64,000 nucleotides of DNA from an uncultured Pelagibacteraceae bacterium (GTDB lineage Bacteria; Pseudomonadota; Alphaproteobacteria; Pelagibacterales; Pelagibacteraceae), in assembly GCA_902595535.1 (NCBI GenBank), contig CACJQI010000003.1:20383-84382 (forward strand), written 5' to 3'. The translations under genes and the position numbers were made by a program. Under the pieces are notes generated by a model. That model did no database searches, was not told where the DNA came from, and saw nothing but the letters and a program-made list of their open reading frames with translations. This document shows, piece by piece, positions 1 to 7,133 of this stretch (position 1 is its first letter; each line of letters begins with the position of its first letter).

Positions 1-99
1 ATCATATTGTTCAAAATGAATTGATTTATATTCAATTGAATTAAGGTACTTTTCTATATGATTTTCAAACTTTTTTTCCGTAGGACTTAACTTATTCAT
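1..99 (-). CDS. hsdR: Type I restriction enzyme R subunit, N-terminal fragment (runs off window edge)
   Basis: Manual translation from the ATG at 99 gives MNKLSPTEKKFENHIEKYLNSIEYKSIHFEQYD, open to the edge. The E-x-x-F-E-x-x-I-E-x-x-L start is typical of HsdR, and it lies 1 nt after the hsdS stop. Confidence 0.7.
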   Translation of the reverse strand, partial: MNKLSPTEKKFENHIEKYLNSIEYKSIHFEQYD

Positions 100-100
100 A

Positions 101-1426
101 TTAAATTTTTTTAATTTTTAATTTACCAGTAACACCTAATGAAATTAAATTGTCTTTATATTCTTTAATTAAGTTTAATTTTTTAATTTTTTTTTTTATT
201 AAAAAATCAATCTTTTCTATTGCAGTATTTAAAAAAGTTACTATTTCTTTTTGTTCATCATTAGGTGGTAAGAAAACTATTAAATTATTTATTGTACCTA
301 ATGATATAAATGGTTGTCCTGTTTGATTTATTTCATTATTAATTATTCCTCTATATTTAAGCATTAACATCCAATAATGAATAAATTCATTGTTATGTCT
401 TTCAGATATTTTTAATTTACAACAATTTCCAGAGATAACAGACGGGTTATCTAGTTTAGGAAGGATTGCTGAGATTCCACAATCTCCAATTTTTGCAATA
501 ATTATATCATTTTCATTACACTCACTTCTTTTTATTTTTTTAAAATGATTTTTTGATATTTTTTTAAATTCTCTCTTTCTATTATTAAAATTACCCTCAT
601 AAAGAAAACCACTTTCTATGACAATAATTTCACCATTTTCATCATAATGTTCACTTTTTAAATCAGATCCGAATGGTCCATCAACAAGAGAATATTTATC
701 TTCAGATTTTATAAATTTAATTTTAGAAATTTTCCAATTTATGGGTATTTTTTTAATTAAATCTAAATTTGTATCTTTCAAATCTTTTTTATTTTCAAAA
801 CTTTTTGTGGTGTAATTAATTATAAGTGATTTTTTTTTCTCCTTTAGAAGGTCGATTTCTTTTTTTAGATTCAAAATTAATTTATTAATAATATTTACTT
901 TTTTATCAAGGTAGTTTGATATGAGTTTTTGATCATTATGTGGAGGAAATGGAAAGTTCATTGAACTCCACATATTCCATCTAAAGTCAGTAGTTCTTTC
1001 TCTAATACCTTTTGCAAGTGAGGTTATTTTTCCAGACTTGGACATGTGCTTAAGGAGGTAAAAAATATATTTCAGTTCAACTCCATCACTTGGTTCTATA
1101 ACAGTATATACTGGTGTGGACTTACCTTTTGAGTCAGAAATACCCATGGCACCTGCAAAACTATCCATTTCATGTATTACCAAATCACCAGGTCTTATTT
1201 GTTGATATCCATGTTCTTTTAAAGAATTTGTAAATCCGTCTTTTTTTTTGTTTTTTCTTAATGTTACAGTCCCATCTCTAAAGCAAGTTACAACTTCATC
1301 AACTTCATCAATTGCCCTTGTAACACGATTTAATTTAAATTTAGGTTTGGCAATTTCCCAATTATTTGGAACTACACCGATCCAATCGATGCCAGTTTCT
1401 TTATAATTTAAATTTTTTTTTACCAT
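101..1426 (-). CDS. hsdS: Type I RM specificity subunit
   Basis: Two TRD-plus-conserved-helix halves: YKETGIDWIGVVPNNW / LKDTNLDLIKKIPINW and FPPHNDQKLISNYLD / LPPNDEQKEIVTFLN. Ends GVTGKL. Overlaps hsdM. Confidence 0.93.
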   Translation of the reverse strand: MVKKNLNYKETGIDWIGVVPNNWEIAKPKFKLNRVTRAIDEVDEVVTCFRDGTVTLRKNKKKDGFTNSLKEHGYQQIRPGDLVIHEMDSFAGAMGISDSKGKSTPVYTVIEPSDGVELKYIFYLLKHMSKSGKITSLAKGIRERTTDFRWNMWSSMNFPFPPHNDQKLISNYLDKKVNIINKLILNLKKEIDLLKEKKKSLIINYTTKSFENKKDLKDTNLDLIKKIPINWKISKIKFIKSEDKYSLVDGPFGSDLKSEHYDENGEIIVIESGFLYEGNFNNRKREFKKISKNHFKKIKRSECNENDIIIAKIGDCGISAILPKLDNPSVISGNCCKLKISERHNNEFIHYWMLMLKYRGIINNEINQTGQPFISLGTINNLIVFLPPNDEQKEIVTFLNTAIEKIDFLIKKKIKKLNLIKEYKDNLISLGVTGKLKIKKI

Positions 1427-3123
1427 AATTCCTTAGACAACTTTTCCGACTCTTCGTCTATTTTTTTTAGTTCCGAAACAATTTCATCTAGATTTCTAAT
1501 TTTTGATAATTTAAAAAAGTATTTTTTAAAATTAATTTCATATCCTATTTTATTTTTTGAATTATCCATAAAAGCATCTGGTACATGTTCAAGTACTTCT
1601 TTTTTAAAAAATTCACTGATATCTTCTTCTAAAGGAATTCTCTCAATATCTCTTTTGGATATATCAGGTTTTATTTGTCCCTTTTTATCTTTTTTTACTT
1701 TTTGACCTTCATACATTGGTCTATCAACAATAACTTTTGTGTAACCAAATGAAATATTAGGTAAAATTTTTGATATTTCACTCTCTTCAAAATTTTTATA
1801 AATCTCAGATAATTCACTGATTTGATCATCGGAAATATAATAACCTTTTTCACCAAGATTTTTTGTTAATGATTTAAAAAAACTCTCACCATTGATTAAT
1901 TGGATTTTATTTTTTCTCAATTTCAATTTTTTATTACTTAAAATCCATATGTATGTAGAAATGCCTGTATTAAAAAACATTTTTTCAGGGAGGGATATAA
2001 TACACTCAAGTAGGTCTTTTTGAATTATCCATTTTCTTATTTCGGACTCACCACTTCCCGCGTCACCAATGAATAGGGGAGATCCATTAAAAATAATTCC
2101 CACCCTAGAACCTTTAGGTTCCATTTTACTGATTAAATGTTGTAAAAATAACAAAGAACCATCTGATGTTCTTGGTGTTCCTGCAAAAAATCTTCCTTCT
2201 GAATTTTTTGACTCATTTTTTACAAAATCTTCTTCTGCTTTCCAACTTACCCCAAATGGTGGATTGGTAACCATATAATCAAACTTTCTATCTTGATGAC
2301 CATCTTCAGATAATGATGAAAACGGACCTTTAATATTTTCAGGATTTTCATCTGCCATTAAAAAATCAGATTTACATATTGCATAAGTCACATCATTTAA
2401 TTCTTGTCCAAATAATTCCACTTTTAATCTTTTATTAATATTTTCATGTATCCATTCTTTTCCAATAGTTAACATTCCACCTGTTCCACAGCATGGATCA
2501 TAAATTGATCTAATTTTATCCTCACCTTTTAGATTTTCTTTATCTCCACCAAAGACGAGGGATACTAAAAGTTTAACAATATCTCTTGGTGTAAAATGAT
2601 CTCCACTTTCTTCATTAGACATCTCTGAGAATTTTCGTAAAAGTTCTTCATACAAAGAACCCATCTTGTGATTATCAACTTTATTAGGATGAAGATCAAA
2701 CTCTGTGAATTTGTCTATGAGAAGATAAAGTTTTTTATTTTTGTTTAATTTAGTTACCAAAGGATCTATTTGAAAATTCTCAATAATATCTAGTACATTT
2801 TTAGAGTAACCTTGAATATAATTGTTAAAATTTTTGTAAACATTGTTTGGGTCACTTTTAATTCTTAATAAATCAAATTTTGAGACATTAAAGAAAGGTA
2901 AGTTTAATTGACTTTGAATAACTTGATTAAAATCTTTTAATTTATTTTTATACTTTTCGTGTAATTCAAATGCCTTGTCTTTTTGAGGATCTAGTACACA
3001 GTCTAATCGTCTAAGAACAACAAATGGAAGAATAATTCGACCATACTCACTAGGTTTGAATAGACCTCTTAATATATCATCTGCCGTGTTCCAAATTAAG
3101 GATGAAAGGTTTTGTTTTTCCAT
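1420..3123 (-). CDS. hsdM: Type I RM N6-adenine methyltransferase subunit
   Basis: N-terminal LIWNTADDILRG..YGRIILPF, SAM motif YDPCCGTGGML, catalytic NPPF, and HFTPRDIV. Confidence 0.95.
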   Translation of the reverse strand: MEKQNLSSLIWNTADDILRGLFKPSEYGRIILPFVVLRRLDCVLDPQKDKAFELHEKYKNKLKDFNQVIQSQLNLPFFNVSKFDLLRIKSDPNNVYKNFNNYIQGYSKNVLDIIENFQIDPLVTKLNKNKKLYLLIDKFTEFDLHPNKVDNHKMGSLYEELLRKFSEMSNEESGDHFTPRDIVKLLVSLVFGGDKENLKGEDKIRSIYDPCCGTGGMLTIGKEWIHENINKRLKVELFGQELNDVTYAICKSDFLMADENPENIKGPFSSLSEDGHQDRKFDYMVTNPPFGVSWKAEEDFVKNESKNSEGRFFAGTPRTSDGSLLFLQHLISKMEPKGSRVGIIFNGSPLFIGDAGSGESEIRKWIIQKDLLECIISLPEKMFFNTGISTYIWILSNKKLKLRKNKIQLINGESFFKSLTKNLGEKGYYISDDQISELSEIYKNFEESEISKILPNISFGYTKVIVDRPMYEGQKVKKDKKGQIKPDISKRDIERIPLEEDISEFFKKEVLEHVPDAFMDNSKNKIGYEINFKKYFFKLSKIRNLDEIVSELKKIDEESEKLSKELW

Positions 3124-3205
3124 TAGTTCATGATAGCAAATTACTGAATAAAATTGAATTTAATCTGTTATTCTTGCAAATACAGTTATAAATATCTAAA
3201 TTTAA

Positions 3206-3538
3206 TTAATCGCTATTCCAAGTAAATAAATCAGCATCAAAAGGTATGTTTCTAAATTTAAGTAAGATTTTATATTTTTCTAATCTTTCCTCTTTCTTAA
3301 ATTTCCCTAAATAATTGAGTATTTGATCATAAGTCAAACTCTTTAAGTATTTCTTTTTAACGTCAACATACTCCTCATAATCCATGCCACATATAGAGAA
3401 TTTTTTTTTGGGATCTATATGTTCTGCATAACTTATCGTATCTTTATTTTCACTTAGAACATCATAAAAATGAGCGATTTGATTATCTCTTTCAAAAAGG
3501 ATATCTCTTCTGAAATCAAACAGTTCTAATTGTTGCAT
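3206..3538 (-). CDS. Hypothetical cytoplasmic protein (110 aa), last gene of the cassette array
   Basis: Clean ORF with no recognised family. Starts MQQLELF. Confidence 0.7.
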   Translation of the reverse strand: MQQLELFDFRRDILFERDNQIAHFYDVLSENKDTISYAEHIDPKKKFSICGMDYEEYVDVKKKYLKSLTYDQILNYLGKFKKEERLEKYKILLKFRNIPFDADLFTWNSD

Positions 3539-3636
3539 ATTTTGGAGTTAATTAAAGTTTTGGAAATAAACTTTAACAATTTTAAATATAACTCTAAATA
3601 GAGGCAATTTTTAGACTTCAAATAGTAGATTTATCT

Positions 3637-3684
3637 TTTGAATTGCTTTTGAATTGCTTTAAATAGTGATGAAGAGTGATGAAG
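3637..3684. repeat. Tandem short repeats TTTGAATTGCT x2 and AGTGATGAAG x2
   Basis: Read directly at 3637-3658 and 3665-3684. Confidence 0.85.
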
Positions 3685-3767
3685 GAATTTTCAAAATGCT
3701 AAGTAAATCAAGTATAATTAGAAACCAGTATGAGAATGTAATCCCCATTGTTCTCAAACAAAAATTC

Positions 3768-3799
3768 AAAAAGGGCAGTTTTTACTGCCCTTTTTTTTT
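3768..3799. terminator. Intrinsic terminator-like hairpin, type A
   Basis: GGGCAGT-TTTT-ACTGCCC (3773-3790), with A5 before and T9 after. Confidence 0.8.
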
Positions 3800-3815
3800 A
3801 CCCGAAACAAAAATC

Positions 3816-3850
3816 TGCAATGAACTTTGCAATGAATGTTCAATGAACTT
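3816..3850 (+). repeat. 12-bp direct repeat array TGCAATGAACTT (3 units, last one degenerate)
   Basis: TGCAATGAACTT TGCAATGAATGT TCAATGAACTT. Confidence 0.9.
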
Positions 3851-4110
3851 TTGAGGGTCGCAAACTAGGTTATAATTAAGTCACTACTTTAAGGGATCTG
3901 TTTGGTAATCTATAAATGCAATAAAGATACTTAAAACTAAGGTCGCATTTAAATCAATTCCTAGAGTATTTTTTCGCAGATACAACACTTACTACTAATT
4001 ATATAGTTTTATATAAATAAGCATACTCTATGACAGACGAACACATAGAATATTTTAACTTTGAGATCGCATTTCTGCGTCTAGGTGGTCGCAAGAGTCT
4101 GACAACTAAC

Positions 4111-4530
4111 TTATTTTTTTACAAACTTACAAGTAGATACAAATTTTTTTGCACGCTCATTAAATATACCATTTTTTTCATAAAGGTTTATATAAAGTTT
4201 CATTTCTTTAAAATCTACAAACATATCGTACGCTCTTGCATTATCCGCAACTAAAGAATATATGTGATATGTTTCTGAATTTACCAATTGAAAACCTGAA
4301 GGAAATTTTTCCCAGTCAGGGATTTGTACGCCATCTATTTCATAAAAATATGATTTTCCTAAATCATTAGTTCTATTGTAATCAATCTTAAAAACAAAAT
4401 TTTTCGGTTTAAACCAGTCTGGATCATGATCTTTTACATCGCAATATAAATATTTAACTCCTTGAATATCTGCTAATCCAATATTAAACCAAGATAAAAA
4501 TATAAAGATGTATAGAGATAGTTTCTTCAT
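4111..4530 (-). CDS. Hypothetical secreted protein (cassette cargo)
   Basis: Signal peptide MKKLSLYIFIFLSWFNIGLA, shared with the 6289-6882 gene. Mature part is unrelated to it and has 2 Cys. Confidence 0.8.
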   Translation of the reverse strand: MKKLSLYIFIFLSWFNIGLADIQGVKYLYCDVKDHDPDWFKPKNFVFKIDYNRTNDLGKSYFYEIDGVQIPDWEKFPSGFQLVNSETYHIYSLVADNARAYDMFVDFKEMKLYINLYEKNGIFNERAKKFVSTCKFVKK

Positions 4531-4606
4531 AGAACTATTTTAACCCAACTCCTCAATGAAGTCACCTTTCTACTTGCTTTCTATTTGAGGCGATTCTGCA
4601 ATGAAC
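4527..4606 (-). repeat. Conserved cassette leader, copy 1 (includes uORF 4527-4565 and a 12-mer at 4597)
   Basis: Plus-strand text aacccaactcctcaatgaagtcacctttctacttgctttctatttgaggcgattctgcaatgaac is homologous to the copies at 5695, 6883 and 7379. Confidence 0.9.
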
Positions 4607-4609
4607 TTC

Positions 4610-4653
4610 TTAAATAAGTGAGTATTGGCAAACTAGGAATGCGAATGTAATCG
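4610..4653 (+). promoter_or_regulatory. Conserved core box with putative sigma70 promoter TTGGCA-N17-TAATCG
   Basis: About 42 bp nearly identical in four copies (4610, 5787, 6185, 7475), with the 17-nt spacing kept in all four. Confidence 0.45.
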
Positions 4654-4674
4654 TTCCAACCCAAAACAAAATTC

Positions 4675-4704
4675 AAAAAGGCGAGTTTTTACTCGCCTTT
4701 TTTT
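4675..4704. terminator. Hairpin type A with compensatory changes
   Basis: GGCGAGT-TTTT-ACTCGCC (4680-4697) followed by T7. Two base pairs covary relative to GGGCAGT/ACTGCCC. Confidence 0.8.
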
Positions 4705-4722
4705 ATGCCTGTCATAAAAATT

Positions 4723-4752
4723 TGCAATGAAGTTTGCAATGAATGTTCAATG
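4723..4752 (+). repeat. 12-bp direct repeat array
   Basis: TGCAATGAAGTT TGCAATGAATGT TCAATG. Confidence 0.9.
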
Positions 4753-4787
4753 TCGGTTGCTTCGTTAATTAATTTAATTAATTTTTT

Positions 4788-4967
4788 TTAATATTTTGAT
4801 GTAATTAAGAAAAATTTGATAACAAGAAATATAAATATCAAACTACCAGCAACAAATATGCGTATACTATCTCCATTAGTACCTTTTTTTTTATAATAAT
4901 CATGAATTTTTCGATCTACTGAAACTCCAATAGCAATCATAACTATTAAAACTAACCAATTGTCCAT
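4788..4967 (-). CDS. Small two-TM membrane protein (59 aa), missing from the ORF track
   Basis: Manual translation: MDNWLVLIVMIAIGVSVDRKIHDYYKKKGTNGDSIRIFVAGSLIFIFLVIKFFLITSKY*. Has an upstream promoter-like sequence. Confidence 0.65.
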   Translation of the reverse strand: MDNWLVLIVMIAIGVSVDRKIHDYYKKKGTNGDSIRIFVAGSLIFIFLVIKFFLITSKY

Positions 4968-4997
4968 TATAAGTAATTAAAAATAAAATTTTTATAG

Positions 4998-5026
4998 AGT
5001 ATACAATATTATTATGTGTATGTGAA
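4998..5026 (-). promoter_or_regulatory. Putative sigma70 promoter for the 59-aa ORF
   Basis: Minus strand TTCACA (5026-5021), 17 nt, TATACT (5003-4998). Confidence 0.5.
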
Positions 5027-5098
5027 TGTAATCTCCTTCCAACAGTCTAATTACCTAGAAAAATTTAAACCCTCGAAATGAAAATTTTGGAGTTTTTT
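5024..5098 (+). repeat. ~75-bp direct repeat, copy 1 (with type B hairpin)
   Basis: gaatgtaatctccttccaacagtctaattacctagaaaaatttaaaccctcgaaatgaaaattttgg is identical to 5820 onward. Confidence 0.92.
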
Positions 5099-5104
5099 AT
5101 TTAA

Positions 5105-5695
5105 TTAATAATTGCGCAACCAATCATCCACTTCTTTTGTTGAAATTGTAACAGAAAGGGCGTCTGTCCAATTATTTTTAATTTTTAAACTTTTTTCATA
5201 TTCTGCACAAGAAACCGTAATTGTATATCCTAAATCAAAATTGAATTGGACATTATGAATATTACTTTTACCAGTAGAATCCCATGGAAATAAATGAGTT
5301 TCTTCACCTATTATATAGTTTTTATATAATTCAGAAAATTCTTTTACAATTTCTTTTTGTTGTGCATAACATTGTTTTATTTTATCGTCATATATAACTG
5401 ACCCTCTAATCGAATAAATTATATAATTTTTGTCGTTTGGTTTTACAAAAAAAGACAAGTCATCGTAAATTTTAAATTTATCATATAAATATACTTCCCC
5501 AAAATCTTCGGTTAGATAATTGTACGCGGGTTTGTTTTTTTCTATTTGAGTTATTATTTTTTCTTCGGACATATGTCGCAATAAAGTGTCTCCAATACTT
5601 ATCCCTTCAATTTCAAAATCTTGGACATCATCACCAAGAGATGGTGCTGAGAAACTAAAGAGAATTAAAAACAAGTAAGTAGATAGTTTTTTCAT
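5105..5695 (-). CDS. Hypothetical secreted protein, paralog of 6289-6882
   Basis: Likely start is the ATG at 5695 (MKKLSTYLFLILFSFSAPSLG). Mature domain DDVQDFEIEGISIGDTLL...SVTISTKEVDDWL aligns end to end with the paralog. Confidence 0.85.
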   Translation of the reverse strand: MKKLSTYLFLILFSFSAPSLGDDVQDFEIEGISIGDTLLRHMSEEKIITQIEKNKPAYNYLTEDFGEVYLYDKFKIYDDLSFFVKPNDKNYIIYSIRGSVIYDDKIKQCYAQQKEIVKEFSELYKNYIIGEETHLFPWDSTGKSNIHNVQFNFDLGYTITVSCAEYEKSLKIKNNWTDALSVTISTKEVDDWLRNY

Positions 5696-5785
5696 CAAAC
5701 CCATTTTATCCCACTCTTCAATGAAGTCACCTTTCTGTTTGCTTTCTATTTGGGGTGATTCTGCAATGAACTTTGCAATGAACTT
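5695..5785 (-). repeat. Conserved cassette leader, copy 2 (uORF 5695-5730; 12-mers at 5762 and 5774)
   Basis: Direct sequence homology to the other leader copies. Confidence 0.9.
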
Positions 5786-5786
5786 C

Positions 5787-5830
5787 TTAAATAAGTAAGT
5801 ATTGGCGTACTATGAATACGAATGTAATCT
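5787..5830 (+). promoter_or_regulatory. Core box, putative promoter TTGGCG-N17-TAATCT
   Basis: -35 at 5802-5807 and -10 at 5825-5830. Confidence 0.5.
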
Positions 5831-5897
5831 CCTTCCAACAGTCTAATTACCTAGAAAAATTTAAACCCTCGAAATGAAAATTTTGGGGGTTTTTTTT
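5820..5897 (+). repeat. ~75-bp direct repeat, copy 2, with type B hairpin/terminator
   Basis: AAACCCTCGAAAT-GAAA-ATTTTGGGGGTTT followed by a T-run. It pairs fully only on the plus strand (two G-U wobbles, GNRA loop). Confidence 0.9.
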
Positions 5898-5900
5898 AAC

Positions 5901-6128
5901 TTATTTTTTTTTTTCAATTGCTGCGATGATTCCGTACCCAGCAAAACAAATAGCAAAAATTACCCACCAAAGCATCGCTGAAACTTCATGTATTGAAGTT
6001 TTTGCTTCATCAAGAGTAAAAACTCCTCCTATAAAAGATAAAAATGATATTGCAGCAAGTATATACTTGAACATATTTCCTTTTATTTTTTCTAAACTAA
6101 CTCTAACCCAAATCAAAAACAAAGTCAT
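5901..6128 (-). CDS. Small two-TM membrane protein (cassette cargo)
   Basis: Start at ATG 6128 (MTLFLIWVRVSL, a diverged leader fused in frame) or ATG 6074 (MFKYILAAISFL, SD AAAGGA). Two hydrophobic helices and a KKK tail. Confidence 0.7.
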   Translation of the reverse strand: MTLFLIWVRVSLEKIKGNMFKYILAAISFLSFIGGVFTLDEAKTSIHEVSAMLWWVIFAICFAGYGIIAAIEKKK

Positions 6129-6159
6129 CTTCTCATACCCTTCTCGTTTCGTCTGATTC

Positions 6160-6228
6160 TGCAGTGAACTTTGCAATGAACTTCTTAAATAAGTGAGTAT
6201 TGGCGTACTATGAATGCGAATGTAATCC
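6160..6228 (+). repeat. 12-mer pair (6160, 6172) plus core box copy with TTGGCG-N17-TAATCC
   Basis: tgcagtgaactttgcaatgaacttcttaaataagtgagtattggcgtactatgaatgcgaatgtaatcc. Confidence 0.88.
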
Positions 6229-6252
6229 CGTTTATTTAGACCTAAAAATTAT

Positions 6253-6290
6253 AAAACCCCCGTTGTTAAACACTTCGGGGTTTTTTTTTT
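6253..6290. terminator. Hairpin type C
   Basis: AAAACCCCCG...CGGGGTTTT followed by a long T-run, abutting the stop codon of 6289-6882. Confidence 0.7.
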
Positions 6291-6882
6291 AATTAATGTG
6301 ATTTCTCAACCAATCCATTACTTCCTTTTTTGAAATTGAAACAGAGAGATTGTCTTGCCAATTATTTTGAATTTTTAGATTTTTTTCATATTCCGCACAA
6401 GAAACTGTAATTACATCACCTGAATTAAAAGTAAAAATGATATTTAGAACATGACTTTTACCAGTAGGATCCCATGGAAACACAAATTTGTCTTCTTCTT
6501 TTCTAGTATTCTTATACAATAAAGAAAATTCTTCTACGATTTCTTTTTGCTTTGCATAACATTTTTCAATGTTATCATCATAAAAAACTGCTCCTCTTAC
6601 ATCGTAGATCATATAATTTTTGTCATTTGATTTTACAAAAAATGATAAAACTTCATAAATTTTAAAATTACCCCTTAAATATACTTCTCCAAATTCATCA
6701 GTTAAATAATTGTATGCAGATTTGTTCACTGCTATTTCATTTGCTATTTCTTCCTTGGACAGATGGTCTAATAAACTATCGCCTATACTAATTCCCTCAA
6801 TCTGATATTCGGATATTTCATCAGCAAAACCAAAATTGCACCACATCAAAACCAAAAAGATGTATAGAGGTAGTTTTTTCAC
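6289..6882 (-). CDS. Hypothetical secreted protein, paralog of 5105-5695
   Basis: GTG at 6882 gives (V)KKLPLYIFLVLMWCNFGFA-DEISEYQIEGISIGDSLL. The frame is open back to 6918 through the fused leader uORF. Confidence 0.85.
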   Translation of the reverse strand: MKKLPLYIFLVLMWCNFGFADEISEYQIEGISIGDSLLDHLSKEEIANEIAVNKSAYNYLTDEFGEVYLRGNFKIYEVLSFFVKSNDKNYMIYDVRGAVFYDDNIEKCYAKQKEIVEEFSLLYKNTRKEEDKFVFPWDPTGKSHVLNIIFTFNSGDVITVSCAEYEKNLKIQNNWQDNLSVSISKKEVMDWLRNHIN

Positions 6883-6950
6883 GAAACTCAGTTTAACCCC
6901 GCTCTTCAATGATGTCACCTTTCTATTTGGGGTGATTCTGCAGTGAAGTT
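6883..6950 (-). repeat. Conserved cassette leader, copy 3 (11-nt deletion; 12-mer at 6939)
   Basis: Lacks gtttgctttct between the two ctttct direct repeats present in copy 2. Confidence 0.88.
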
Positions 6951-7028
6951 TTTAAAAAGATTAGTGTTTATGCGACCAGTATGCGAATGTAGTGAGAATA
7001 TAATCGTTCGTACTCATTTAAAAATTCT

Positions 7029-7083
7029 AAAAGGGCAGTTTTTACTGCCCTTTTTTTTACCCGAAACAAAAATCTGCAATGAA
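7029..7083 (+). repeat. Type A hairpin plus acccgaaacaaaaatcTGCAATGAA, a near-exact repeat of 3769-3824
   Basis: Differs only in T-run length. GGGCAGT (7033-7039) / ACTGCCC (7044-7050). Confidence 0.9.
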
Positions 7084-7133
7084 GTTTTAAGATAGTTAGA
7101 ACACATCGATAACAATAACAAGATCAACTTGTA

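Noticed and set aside
187-197. A11 homopolymer in hsdS as a phase-variation switch
   Set aside because: Equal or longer runs occur in core genes (e.g. T13 near 18693) in this AT-rich genome. The frame is intact and no invertible hsdS repeats were seen.
4542-4664. Seed pairing between the putative sRNA (AACCCAA at 4658) and the cargo leader (4542; also 6105)
   Set aside because: Only 7-8 nt and not reproduced in the other modules, so compatible with chance.
5696-5812. Alternative reading frame through the leader (KFIAKFIAESPQIESKQKGDFIEEW) as a gene remnant
   Set aside because: It shows a few synonymous-looking changes but has no start codon, a TAG in the 4.6-kb copy and an 11-nt frameshifting deletion in the 6.9-kb copy.
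3666-6156. Plus-strand ORFs 3666-3854, 4030-4254 and 5926-6156
   Set aside because: They run through repeats and terminators or lie antisense to better ORFs, with no SD or recognisable motifs.
3816-7004. Alphaproteobacterial LexA boxes (GAAC-N7-GAAC)
   Set aside because: The main repeat gives GAAC-N8-GAAC. Only degenerate GAAT-N7-GAA(C/T) matches occur (3640, 3833, 6985), which is insufficient for a call. A PWM scan could revisit this.
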